Positions 19,687 to 29,749 of a DNA stretch of 64,000 nucleotides are shown in pieces. Within the stretch, counting starts at the first letter, position 1; the number at the start of each line of letters is the position of its first letter. This stretch comes from Patescibacteria group bacterium (GTDB lineage: Bacteria; Patescibacteriota; Patescibacteriia; UM-FILTER-42-10), in the NCBI GenBank assembly GCA_041664365.1, contig JBAYKW010000001.1:308465-372464 (forward strand), given 5' to 3'. The notes under the pieces were generated by a model. It was given only the letters and a program-made list of their open reading frames with translations, was not told the origin of the DNA and searched no databases. A program made the position numbers and the translations under genes.

Positions 19687-20846
19687 TTAAACTTATCAAA
19701 TCAAGTTTCTATAATGAGGCTAAAACCAAAAATGCACTCGTTAAGTTCATAAAAAAGGCGCCGATTTTCAGCATGAACAAAGAATGCAAAAAGTTTGAAA
19801 TACAATTTGCCAAAAAGCAGAAAAGAAAACATGCACTTTTTGTCAGTAGTGGAAGCATGGCAAACCTTGTTTTAATACAAGCACTCATAAATTTAGGTAA
19901 ACTGAAAAAAAACGACGTAGTAGGCGTTTCCGCATTGACCTGGCCGACAAATATTATGCCGCTCATACAACTGGGCCTTGGAACGAAACTGATTGATTGT
20001 GAACTGGAAACATTGAACATCTCCCCTACCCAGCTTAAACAGCATATCGGCAGCATTAAAGCATTATTCATTACCAATGTACTTGGTCTTAGTGACAGAC
20101 TGGATAAAATACGGCAGATTTGCAAGCAGAATAATATTCTACTGATTGAAGACAACTGTGAATCACTTGGCTCTGTGACTGCCGGAAGGCTTCTGGGTAA
20201 CTTTGGGCTGGCTTCGACATTTTCTTTCTTTGTCGGACACCACATGTCGACAATCGAAGGTGGTATGATCTGCACTGATGATGACGAATTATTCGACATG
20301 TTAACCATGGTTCGGGCGCACGGCTGGGATAGGAATTTGCCGGAAAAATCCAAGCAGAAATTACGTAAACTACACAAAGTTAACGACTTTTTTGCCTTAT
20401 ATACATTTTATACACTTGCCTACAATGCAAGACCGACTGAAATAAATGGCTTTATCGGAAATAAGCAACTGCCATATCTGGATAAAATAGTTTCCACAAG
20501 AGCGCGTAACTTCAAATCATTCCATCAAATAGCTTCCCAGAACTCCGATATTATTCCGCTCAAACTTGATCACATGGATGTGATATCAAATTTTGCTATG
20601 CCTATTATCTTTCGAGATGAAAAAACTTTTCAAATGTACCGGGAAAGATTTATTAAGCATAAAGTAGAAGTCCGCCCGATCATTGCCGGTGACATGGCTA
20701 TCCAGCCTTTTTACCGAAAGTATGCAAAAAAACAGGCTTCCTGCCCGAACTCACTGATTGTCCACCACTATGGTTTTTATTTTGGTAATAATCCGGAACT
20801 GACAAAAAAAGAAATCGCTCTTATCTGCAAATTATTAAAGAAATAA
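19683..20846 (+). CDS. colD: GDP-4-keto-6-deoxy-D-mannose 3-dehydratase (ColD-type, DegT/DnrJ fold)
   Basis: SGSMANL, EDNCES, SFFVGHHMSTIEGG (His at the usual PLP Lys position), RAHGW. Confidence 0.82.
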   Translation: MIKLIKSSFYNEAKTKNALVKFIKKAPIFSMNKECKKFEIQFAKKQKRKHALFVSSGSMANLVLIQALINLGKLKKNDVVGVSALTWPTNIMPLIQLGLGTKLIDCELETLNISPTQLKQHIGSIKALFITNVLGLSDRLDKIRQICKQNNILLIEDNCESLGSVTAGRLLGNFGLASTFSFFVGHHMSTIEGGMICTDDDELFDMLTMVRAHGWDRNLPEKSKQKLRKLHKVNDFFALYTFYTLAYNARPTEINGFIGNKQLPYLDKIVSTRARNFKSFHQIASQNSDIIPLKLDHMDVISNFAMPIIFRDEKTFQMYRERFIKHKVEVRPIIAGDMAIQPFYRKYAKKQASCPNSLIVHHYGFYFGNNPELTKKEIALICKLLKK

Positions 20847-20848
20847 TA

Positions 20849-21709
20849 ATGGGCATTGAATCAAAGAATCCGGAAGATATCGATGCAAAAATTCCGGAAG
20901 TGGAAGTTCAGCAGGAAAGACGCGAACAAGAACAGTTTTCCGATTTGTCCATTTTTACCACTACCATGTACGGAACTGATGAGATTTCCCGTGTCAGGCA
21001 AGAATTAGCCGTAAACTTTCTAAAAAATGCACAGGCGCTTGGAATAAAATGTGTAGTAGTGGACGGCGGTTCCAATCAGGAATTTTTAGATGAGATCAGT
21101 CAATTTGATAATATAGAAATTGTCGTCGACCCAACACTTAAAATGGGTGAAAGCCGGAGAACAGCATTACAGATTGCAATAGAAAAATATGCCACACCGT
21201 ATTTTTTGTGGTCTGAACCGGAAAAGGACGGATTGATTCAAATGGAAACACTTAAAGCCATGATCGATGGATTAAGAACCGGTCAGTCGGACATTATTGT
21301 TCCGAGGAGAGCATCAACAGAATCCATGCCAAAATTCCAAGCCTGGATAGAGGCACGGGCCAATAAAAGAGCAAGCGGGCTAAAAGGACCAAAGCCAGAT
21401 GAAGCGGAAGAGATATTGGATCTATGGTTTGGCCCGAAAATGTTTAATCGAGATGGCGCGGAGTCATTTATTAACTATCAGGGAGAACTAGATAAATGGG
21501 ATTCCATAATTAAGCCGGTACTCGATGCGGCGCAGGCAGGGAAAAGAATCTCTTCAGTGGATGTGGATTATCAATACGACCCCTCACAGACTAAATCAGA
21601 AGAGCAAAACAGAGAAATCAAAAGAAAAAGAATGGAACAATACGCTACAATTTTGAAAGAGCTGGGAGACAAATATTGGATTGAAAAACTAGCTCCAAAA
21701 GAAGAATAA
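20849..21709 (+). CDS. Atypical GT-A-fold protein
   Basis: VVVDGGS, MGESRR, LWSEPEKD in place of DxD, DIIVPRR. Confidence 0.6.
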   Translation: MGIESKNPEDIDAKIPEVEVQQERREQEQFSDLSIFTTTMYGTDEISRVRQELAVNFLKNAQALGIKCVVVDGGSNQEFLDEISQFDNIEIVVDPTLKMGESRRTALQIAIEKYATPYFLWSEPEKDGLIQMETLKAMIDGLRTGQSDIIVPRRASTESMPKFQAWIEARANKRASGLKGPKPDEAEEILDLWFGPKMFNRDGAESFINYQGELDKWDSIIKPVLDAAQAGKRISSVDVDYQYDPSQTKSEEQNREIKRKRMEQYATILKELGDKYWIEKLAPKEE

Positions 21710-21728
21710 TATAATTAGCCCTATAAAT

Positions 21729-22709
21729 ATGACATCATCATTTTGGCAGGACAAGAAAGTATTCGTAACAGGCGGAGCCGGATTTATTGGCAGTCATCTG
21801 GTTGAAATGCTGGTTGCTCAAGGAAGTGTAGTAACTGTCCCGATCCGTTCAGAGGATTCCAATATCGACTTTCTAGCTGGAATTAAAGATAAAATTCATA
21901 TTGTTATTGTTGATCTGATGAACTTCGATAATGTTGTTTCTGCTACAAAAAACCAGGATATCGTGATGAATCTGGCGGCTAAGGTCGGCGGAATTGAATA
22001 TAATATAAAAAATCCCGCTTCTATCTTCAGAGATAACGTACAAATATTTTTAAACGTAATTGAAGCATGCCGTCTGAATAATGTAGAACGTTTATTGGTA
22101 ACAAGCTCTGCCTGTGTCTATCCGAGGTTTTGTACTATCCCTACTCCGGAAGAAGAAGGGTTTAAAGATATGCCCGAACCGACAAATGACGGCTATGGAT
22201 TCGCCAAGCGTGTTGAGGAATTTTTAGGCCAAAAATATGCAAAGCAGTATGGAATGAAGATTGCCATTGCCCGTCCGTACAATGCATTTGGTCCCCGTGA
22301 CAATTTCAACCCGGAATCTTCCCATGTTATACCAGCACTCATTAAAAAAGTACTGGATGCGCCTGACGGCAGTACTGTTGAAGTTTGGGGTAACGGGAAG
22401 CAAAGTCGTGCCTTTCTCTATGTTGAAGACTTCGCCCGAGGATTGATGGAAATAACAGAAAAATATGCTGTGGCAGACGTGTTGAATATAGGAACAAACA
22501 AAGAAACCACAATTGAAGATTTGGTTAATTTGATTGTTAAGCTGTCAAACAAACAAGTTAAAATCCATTTCGATGCCACCAAACCGACCGGACAGCCAAG
22601 ACGCAACTGTGATAACCGTAAAGCAAAAGAAAAGATTGCTTTCGAGGCGAATATTTCTTTGTCAGATGGTTTGAAACGGACTATTGATTGGTATATTCAG
22701 AACAAGTAA
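21729..22709 (+). CDS. GDP-L-fucose/colitose synthase-like epimerase-reductase (Fcl/ColC family)
   Basis: LAAKVGGI, SSACVYP, EPTNDGYGFAK, GPRDNF, SHVIPALI, WGNG. Confidence 0.82.
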   Translation: MTSSFWQDKKVFVTGGAGFIGSHLVEMLVAQGSVVTVPIRSEDSNIDFLAGIKDKIHIVIVDLMNFDNVVSATKNQDIVMNLAAKVGGIEYNIKNPASIFRDNVQIFLNVIEACRLNNVERLLVTSSACVYPRFCTIPTPEEEGFKDMPEPTNDGYGFAKRVEEFLGQKYAKQYGMKIAIARPYNAFGPRDNFNPESSHVIPALIKKVLDAPDGSTVEVWGNGKQSRAFLYVEDFARGLMEITEKYAVADVLNIGTNKETTIEDLVNLIVKLSNKQVKIHFDATKPTGQPRRNCDNRKAKEKIAFEANISLSDGLKRTIDWYIQNK

Positions 22710-22828
22710 TCAATTAGTATTATGTAATGGGGATGTGTTGGATTTTTTTTATTTTGGATATTGCATAATAATTGCAAAGATAAGCAATTGATACGCATCA
22801 CTATCCTTCTAATTATGAAAACTCATAC

Positions 22829-23683
22829 TTGCAAGATTTAAAATCACAACTTATGGATGGCACTAAAATAATTTCAATTATTCTACCAAATTTTAATGGT
22901 GGAAATAATTTAAGAGAATCAATTGAAAGTTTTACAAACCAAAAATCAGATTCTTGCGAACTTATAATTGTTGACAGCAAATCAAGCGATAATTCACACC
23001 AGATAATTGAAGAGTTTACTAAAAAATACCCAAGCATCAGATGGATCAAAGAAACTGATAGCGGTATTTCTGATGCCATAAACATTGGGCTTCGACACGC
23101 AAAAGGATCATATATTGGATATTTGGGGAGCGATGACAGACTTGTTGCCGACATATTGGGAGTAGTTATTAGCTATACAAAATTGGTTGATGCAGATAGT
23201 TTTTATTTCGATTCATACTTTTATAACCCATTTGAGAAATTGTGTCAGTATAGACGTTGTCCGGCACTGGAGTTCACTCGTGAAAATTTATATAAATACG
23301 GTACAATCGTCGGTTTGCAAAACATATTTCTACATAAAAGAATTTTTGCTAATTATAAATTCAATTCAAATAATAAATATTCCATGGATTATGAATTATT
23401 TTTAGAAATGACGACTCATGCAGGAGTTCATATGTACATACCGCAACCGTCGAGTATTAATCTTTTTGGTGGTAATATTTCTCAGCATTTAAAAGAACAA
23501 CAGTTTTATGAATCAATCCAAGTTTCGTTACGTAATGCAAAAACAAAAAAAGAAAAATATTATACTTTTCTGCGTTTTATTAAAGTTCATCCGAGAATAA
23601 AATTTTTTTGGCCCATCCGACGCTTCTGTGTAAGAATATTTAACAAGACATCGTACCAACAGAGTTTGAAAAATAAGTTATAA
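22829..23683 (+). CDS. Glycosyltransferase family 2 (WcaE-like); ATG at 22853 is a likely start
   Basis: ISIILP, IVDSKSSD, DSGISDAIN, LGSDD, MDYE. Confidence 0.85.
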   Translation: MQDLKSQLMDGTKIISIILPNFNGGNNLRESIESFTNQKSDSCELIIVDSKSSDNSHQIIEEFTKKYPSIRWIKETDSGISDAINIGLRHAKGSYIGYLGSDDRLVADILGVVISYTKLVDADSFYFDSYFYNPFEKLCQYRRCPALEFTRENLYKYGTIVGLQNIFLHKRIFANYKFNSNNKYSMDYELFLEMTTHAGVHMYIPQPSSINLFGGNISQHLKEQQFYESIQVSLRNAKTKKEKYYTFLRFIKVHPRIKFFWPIRRFCVRIFNKTSYQQSLKNKL

Positions 23684-23824
23684 ATAGCAAACAGTATATG
23701 ATATTCACACACATTATCGGCAACTCAGCAATCAAATTTTTCAATTGATTCTAACAAAATATTTTATCAAACAATTCCTAAAAACGATCATACAGTATTA
23801 GAAAGATAAATTTAACGACTTAAT

Positions 23825-24601
23825 ATGTCACAGAAGCCCATTTATTCAAACATCTATAAAATCAAATACATTTTTAAATCTCTGATTACAGGTAAAAAGA
23901 CTGAGGATGATTTCGATTGGAATTTATATCCGAAACACTACAGCGGTGAGCTTAAGGAAGTTGAAAAAGATCATACAACAATCATTAAAGCGAATGATTA
24001 CGCCTTAGATAATGGCCGACTTTCTCTCAAAAGTAACATTCTACCCTTACACCCAAATCATTTATTACTGTACGAAACAATACTTCAACTTTCCCCCTCA
24101 ACTGCCCTTGAAGTTGGTTGTGGCGGTGGTGACCATTTACATAATTTAAAAATTCTACAACCGAGTCTAACACTTTTTGGTGAAGATTTATCAGAAAAAC
24201 AGATTAAATTACTACACAAACGGCATCCGGATTTAGACGCAGCTATAAAACAACATGACATTCTATCATCTTCGTTGCTAGATTGGCCCCCTATTGATAT
24301 TGTTTTTACACAGGCAGTAATTATGCATATCAGAACTGAAGATAATCATTTGATTGCACTGTCTAATTTATTTAAAATGGCCACCAAACAGGTTGTTTTA
24401 ATGGAGAATTGGACCAAACATAATTTTGTTGAAGACATTCTCTTACTGAAACAAGAAGGTAAAATACCATGGCCTGAACTTTATCTTTATTCCCGACCGC
24501 ATCCTATTACAGAAAGACCGCATATTCTAATTGCATCTGCTTTACCGCTGGAAGGTTATACAAAAGTACTGCATGATGAACATTTCCGCCAAAATTCCTG
24601 A
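23825..24601 (+). CDS. Class I SAM-dependent methyltransferase
   Basis: LEVGCGGG, DIVFTQAVIMHI. Confidence 0.85.
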   Translation: MSQKPIYSNIYKIKYIFKSLITGKKTEDDFDWNLYPKHYSGELKEVEKDHTTIIKANDYALDNGRLSLKSNILPLHPNHLLLYETILQLSPSTALEVGCGGGDHLHNLKILQPSLTLFGEDLSEKQIKLLHKRHPDLDAAIKQHDILSSSLLDWPPIDIVFTQAVIMHIRTEDNHLIALSNLFKMATKQVVLMENWTKHNFVEDILLLKQEGKIPWPELYLYSRPHPITERPHILIASALPLEGYTKVLHDEHFRQNS

Positions 24602-24690
24602 TGATATGCTTACTTAATATATAGAAAAATCCGTACTCATCGTAATAAAACAAATTAGATTCCAGCGCTGTTTAAGTAATAAGAATAATC

Positions 24691-25653
24691 ATGATAAATA
24701 TAAAAGTTACCAATCCATATAGCCCCAATAATCTCAATAGGCAAATGCCTAAACAAGGAACTGATTGGGGTAAATGCAGGTTTTTTGTCAATCAAGATAT
24801 CAAGGAATGTGATTATTGGATTGTTTTAAATAATGTAAATAAAGAAGAAAGGGTCAATTGTCCATCCGAGAATACTATCCTTTTCGCTCTGGAACCGTCA
24901 TCAATACAAAAGTACAAACCTGCTTTTTTAAATCAGTTTTCGAAAGTTGTCACAGCACAAAAAAATATTAAACACAAAGATGTTGTTAACACTCTCACAA
25001 CTCTTTTTTGGCACTTTAATAAAACTTACGATGATTTAGCTGAAACGCATCTTGTAAAAAAAACAAAGCTCATCTCCATTATTACTTCCAATAAAGCTTT
25101 GTCAAAGGGCCATAGAAAACGTCTCCAATTTGCTTATCGGCTAAAAGAATATTTTGGCGATTCAATAGATCTGTTCGGTCGTGGTATCCGCCCCTTTGAT
25201 GATAAGTGGGAGGTTTTGGCGCCTTATAAATTTACAGTATCTATTGAAAATGAGTGGGAATCCGATTGGATAACGGAAAAATTAACCGATTGCTTCTTAA
25301 CCTATACATTCCCCCTTTATTACGGCTGTCCAAATGCTGAAGAATATTTTCACCCTGATTCATTCGTAAGGATTGATATAGACAATTTTGACCAATCAAT
25401 AAAAGTTATTGAAAATATTTTATCAAATGCACAATATTATCAAGATCATTTGAATGCATTAAAAATATCCAGAGATCAAGTATTAAATAAATATAATTTT
25501 TTTCCACTTGTAGCCAATAATGTAATTTCTTTAAATTCAAAGGAACAAACAAAGAAAGAAATTACTATTCTCCCGGAAAAACTATTTACCAATAATCTGG
25601 ACCATTTGAAAAAAATCATTGGCTCAGTAAATAAATTCAAAAATAGAATATAA
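24691..25653 (+). CDS. Glycosyltransferase family 10 (alpha-1,3-fucosyltransferase-like)
   Basis: EP motif and YKFTVSIEN...WITEKLTDC...PLYYG. Confidence 0.85.
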   Translation: MINIKVTNPYSPNNLNRQMPKQGTDWGKCRFFVNQDIKECDYWIVLNNVNKEERVNCPSENTILFALEPSSIQKYKPAFLNQFSKVVTAQKNIKHKDVVNTLTTLFWHFNKTYDDLAETHLVKKTKLISIITSNKALSKGHRKRLQFAYRLKEYFGDSIDLFGRGIRPFDDKWEVLAPYKFTVSIENEWESDWITEKLTDCFLTYTFPLYYGCPNAEEYFHPDSFVRIDIDNFDQSIKVIENILSNAQYYQDHLNALKISRDQVLNKYNFFPLVANNVISLNSKEQTKKEITILPEKLFTNNLDHLKKIIGSVNKFKNRI

Positions 25654-25699
25654 ATAATTCTTTTTCTTCTCAAATAGTCTGAAACTAATTAGCACAAAA

Positions 25700-27250
25700 T
25701 TGGATAAAAACTACACTCACGACATAGCAAAATCAACATTCTGGACCACCGGCAGTTTTATTATTACCTCTATTATTGGATTTGTCTCTTCTATCATTTT
25801 GGTCCGTTATTTGGGTATCGACCAATTTGGCGTATTCAATTACTTCATTTGGGTGATTGCCACCTTCTCGCTTCTGGCTAATCCGGGCCTTGGACAGGCA
25901 ATATTAAAATATATTCCACAATACTATTTCAGCCTGAATCCCAACCAAAAAGTCCTTTGGAAAAAAATGTTTAATTATTTCCTGGTGGTGCAGATTATCA
26001 TTTTGATTGTCATCCTTGCCTTACTATTTATCAACTCCGGACTTGCCACTAAATATTTAATCAAGTTCCAATCTCAAGAACAGGATAAATTATTTTTATA
26101 TGCGCTGATTGCCTTGATTCCGATAATTTTAAATAATTTTCTATTAAGCGTACTACGGGCCATCCAAAAATTCAAGATTTTAGCAATTTTCAAAATTATT
26201 ACACAGATCATCTGGTTGGGTGGTATTTTCTATATTTTTAAAACCCACGCCTCGTTATTTACTTTAATAATATTTTACATATTTTTTAATCTTTTTTCTC
26301 TTATTACGTCGGTTTGGTGCCTGCGATCCATTTATCGCCTCAATATTCCTCCTCCACAAAACATTGAAACCTTGCCTTGGAAAAATATTATTCGCTATTC
26401 TGCTTGGGGATTTATAAACTTGTTTTTTGTATCGATAGTCTGGGATAAATCAGAACTATTTTTCTTAGGGATTTACAGCAATAATCAACAAATCGCAATT
26501 TATTCACTGGCATATTCCCTGGCTTTATATATTACATTGATTTTCAGCCCTCTGATAACGGTAATCAATAATACAACTGCCGAGTTGATTGGAACGAAGC
26601 AACAGGATAAGCTACATTTTTTATCCCAACATTTAACAAAATATTTGGGTATTATTGTTATTCCGATTTCAATACTATTTATTATGTACATCAATAAAAT
26701 TATTCTTCTCTTTTACGGCCAAGACTTTATATCCGCCGGAATAATTTTCCCCCTCGTTATCTTTTCTCAAATTGTTCCACTTATTTTTAATCCTGTTTCA
26801 ACCATCCCTTCATTAAGCAACGATATCCGGAAAATTGTTTACATTGGTTTTGCAGCCGCTTTGCTAAACATCACGCTTGATCTGTTACTTATCCCCCCTT
26901 TTCAGGCTCTTGGCGCCACTATCGCGAATAGTTTTGCTCAATTACTGGGTATGATATTGGCCTTTGTTCTGATCAGAAAGTATAAGTTAAAATTTTTCAC
27001 AAAATATTTTATCCATGTCTTAGTAATAAATCTTCTTTTCTTTTTAACACTAGTAATTATCAGGTTGCTGTTTCATCAGCTGATCCTTCAAATTGTATTT
27101 GATTTATCCACAGTTTGTTTATATGTCATATTTATTCTGCGTTATGCTCTAAATCGACGTGATTACGATATTTTTCTTAATCTGCAACAAATTACGCCAA
27201 AATATCTAAAACCAATAATACAGACATTCCTTAATAAAATGAACTATTAA
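25700..27250 (+). CDS. Wzx-type oligosaccharide flippase
   Basis: About 14 TM helices, RYLGIDQFG, IAIYSLA, LLIPPFQALGATIA. Confidence 0.88.
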   Translation: MDKNYTHDIAKSTFWTTGSFIITSIIGFVSSIILVRYLGIDQFGVFNYFIWVIATFSLLANPGLGQAILKYIPQYYFSLNPNQKVLWKKMFNYFLVVQIIILIVILALLFINSGLATKYLIKFQSQEQDKLFLYALIALIPIILNNFLLSVLRAIQKFKILAIFKIITQIIWLGGIFYIFKTHASLFTLIIFYIFFNLFSLITSVWCLRSIYRLNIPPPQNIETLPWKNIIRYSAWGFINLFFVSIVWDKSELFFLGIYSNNQQIAIYSLAYSLALYITLIFSPLITVINNTTAELIGTKQQDKLHFLSQHLTKYLGIIVIPISILFIMYINKIILLFYGQDFISAGIIFPLVIFSQIVPLIFNPVSTIPSLSNDIRKIVYIGFAAALLNITLDLLLIPPFQALGATIANSFAQLLGMILAFVLIRKYKLKFFTKYFIHVLVINLLFFLTLVIIRLLFHQLILQIVFDLSTVCLYVIFILRYALNRRDYDIFLNLQQITPKYLKPIIQTFLNKMNY

Positions 27251-27274
27251 TACATATATCTCTAATAAATTATT

Positions 27275-28285
27275 ATGAACAAACCAATAATTACTGTTCT
27301 ACTGCCCGTATACAATGGGGAGAAATATATCAAGGAAGCAATAGAAAGCATTCTGAATCAGAAATTTACTAATTTTGAATTACTGATAATCGATGATTGC
27401 TCAACTGATCGAAGTGGCAGAATAATCCAAGATTTCAAAGATCCTCGGATTCGTTTTTTTTCCAACAAGAATAATCTTGGTCTAATTAAAACGCTTAATA
27501 CTGGCATATCACTAGCACAAGGCGAATACATTGCCAGAATGGATCAAGATGACGTATCACTCCCCCACCGCCTGGAAAAACAGATTGCTTTTCTGGATGC
27601 TCATTCTGAAATAGGAGTTTGCGGTACTGGCTTTAGAATAATTGACCAAGAAGGTACACTAAAAAATGAAATTCATTTTCCTAACCGACCATTATTATTC
27701 AGCTGGAAACTGCATTTTTTCTCCCCACTTGCCCATCCCACAGTCATGATGAGAACATCACTAGTAAAAGAGATGGGCGGTTACAATACAAAGGCAACAT
27801 ATTACGAAGATTATGATTTGTGGATAAGGCTGAATTCAATAACAAAGTTAACTAATTTGGATGATATATTATTTCACCTGCGTAAACATGATGAAAATAC
27901 CAGCCAAATCCATCTTGATCAACAAGTAAATAGTTCTATTAAACTTTGCCGGGAATTGATATCAAAAACATTAAATAATTATGTATCTATCGATATTGTT
28001 CGACAACTTTATTTGAAAAATGCGTCTGATGTAAATAGTGTAATTCAAATCAATAAAATAATTTGCAAATTATATAAGGCATTTATTCAAACAAATAAGG
28101 TTGGAAAGAATGATCTTAAACTAATCAAAAGTGACGTCGCGCTTCGATTATTCATACTCTCTGTCCGCTTTTGGTATAATACCCGAATCTGGAAGATTTT
28201 TTATACAATTATAATTTTTGATCCTTGGTTTGTTTTAAAAGGGACTAAATATTTGTTTATGAAATTATCAAACAATAGATATTAA
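27275..28285 (+). CDS. Glycosyltransferase family 2
   Basis: ITVLLPVYN, IDDCSTD, ARMDQDD, HPTVM, EDYDLW. Confidence 0.92.
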   Translation: MNKPIITVLLPVYNGEKYIKEAIESILNQKFTNFELLIIDDCSTDRSGRIIQDFKDPRIRFFSNKNNLGLIKTLNTGISLAQGEYIARMDQDDVSLPHRLEKQIAFLDAHSEIGVCGTGFRIIDQEGTLKNEIHFPNRPLLFSWKLHFFSPLAHPTVMMRTSLVKEMGGYNTKATYYEDYDLWIRLNSITKLTNLDDILFHLRKHDENTSQIHLDQQVNSSIKLCRELISKTLNNYVSIDIVRQLYLKNASDVNSVIQINKIICKLYKAFIQTNKVGKNDLKLIKSDVALRLFILSVRFWYNTRIWKIFYTIIIFDPWFVLKGTKYLFMKLSNNRY

Positions 28286-28422
28286 GCCAGTATTGACAAA
28301 AATTCTTTAAATTACTATGGTATTTTCAAAAAAGCATATTTGTGTTACAGTATAACCTGAATTTCAAGTAATTTCTTTAATTATTTACTCGCGTTATCAA
28401 CTATTACGATGCTAAGAGTAAG

Positions 28423-28848
28423 TTGGATTTAGATATAGAACATTTTATGAATATTAAGAAATATTATAATAATAACTGGCTAAAATATTCAATTCTTGCT
28501 TTATTTTTGTTGCTCGCATTTACTTTCCTATTAAGTATTCGATATAGCGTTTCGCGGTCATTTCAGGTGGTTTTCGGATCGATTTATTTATTATTTCTAC
28601 CCGGATTCGTCTGGAGTTGGGTTTTTTGGAAAAAACAGGATGAAATTGACTTTATTGAAAGAATAATCATATCTTTGGTATTATCAATTACTATTGTTCC
28701 TCTTGCAGTTTTTATCCTTAATAAATTCGGGATAAGAATCAATACATTTAATTCAGGTATAGAAATTTTAGGCATAATATTATTTGGAATTATTGTAAAA
28801 TATTCTTCAACAAAATTACAACAAAAAAAACGTTTTGCTAAATTATAA
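28423..28848 (+). CDS. DUF1616-like membrane protein
   Basis: LFLPGF...EIDFIERIIISLVLSI motif. Confidence 0.65.
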   Translation: MDLDIEHFMNIKKYYNNNWLKYSILALFLLLAFTFLLSIRYSVSRSFQVVFGSIYLLFLPGFVWSWVFWKKQDEIDFIERIIISLVLSITIVPLAVFILNKFGIRINTFNSGIEILGIILFGIIVKYSSTKLQQKKRFAKL

Positions 28849-28905
28849 TCATGTCAGAAAAATCATACAAATCAATTAAATTTTTTTGTTAATAGAAATA
28901 ATCTC

Positions 28906-29745
28906 ATGAAACAATTGGAATCTAAAAACATGATCATAATCAAACCCCAAAAAGGCTGGGTGGGTATTAATTTGAAGGAACTGTTCTCATACAGAGAACT
29001 ATTTTATATTTTTGCCTGGAGGGATATTAAAGTTCGTTATAAGCAGACCATAATCGGTATTACTTGGGCGATATTACAACCATTTTTATTAATGGTCGTG
29101 TTTTCTGTCTTTTTTGGAAATCTAGCAAAAATGCCCTCAGACGGAGTGCCTTATCCTATATTTGTCTTTTCAGGATTGCTTTTTTGGAATTATTTCTCAG
29201 TTTCGTTAACAGGTGCAAGTGATGCACTAGTTGCCAATGAAAATGTAGTAAAAAAAATATATTTCCCTCGGCTACTTCTCCCTCTTTCATCAACTATTAC
29301 ACCATTGATTGATTTTGCCCTTGCACTAGTTATATTAATTGGTCTAATGATCTATTTTCATTTTACACCCACAATTACCGGTATTATATTATTTCCATTT
29401 TTAATTTTGCTTTCCTTTCTTTCCGCTGCCGGTCTGGGATCTTTACTAGCTGCAATTAATGTTAGATACCGAGATATCCGCTACGCGCTCCCATTTTTTA
29501 TTCAGACCTTATTTTTTCTGACTCCCGTTATTTATCCGACTACTCTTATAGGGGAAAAATATCAGTGGCTCTTAGCTCTGAATCCGATGACCGGAATTAT
29601 TGAAACTGCCAGAACAGGAATTATTGGTGATAAAGAAATTGATTTTGTTCTATTGGGGATTTCTGCAGTGATTGCCGTATCATTATTTGTATTTGGTATA
29701 TTTTATTTTAGGAAAACAGAGCGAGTATTCGCTGACTTAGCATAA
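28906..29745 (+). CDS. wzm: Polysaccharide ABC exporter permease
   Basis: RDIKVRYKQT..G..W..LQP, KKIYFPR, VRYRDI, TPVIYP, LNPM. Confidence 0.95.
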   Translation: MKQLESKNMIIIKPQKGWVGINLKELFSYRELFYIFAWRDIKVRYKQTIIGITWAILQPFLLMVVFSVFFGNLAKMPSDGVPYPIFVFSGLLFWNYFSVSLTGASDALVANENVVKKIYFPRLLLPLSSTITPLIDFALALVILIGLMIYFHFTPTITGIILFPFLILLSFLSAAGLGSLLAAINVRYRDIRYALPFFIQTLFFLTPVIYPTTLIGEKYQWLLALNPMTGIIETARTGIIGDKEIDFVLLGISAVIAVSLFVFGIFYFRKTERVFADLA

Positions 29746-29749
29746 ATTT

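Noticed and set aside
19709-20377. 222-aa antisense ORF and many other antisense or nested ORFs in the track (e.g. 5647, 15533, 10819)
   Set aside because: They are shadows of well-supported genes on the opposite strand or in another frame, with no motifs.
28293-28321. TTGACA promoter candidate
   Set aside because: No convincing -10 at 16-18 nt spacing.
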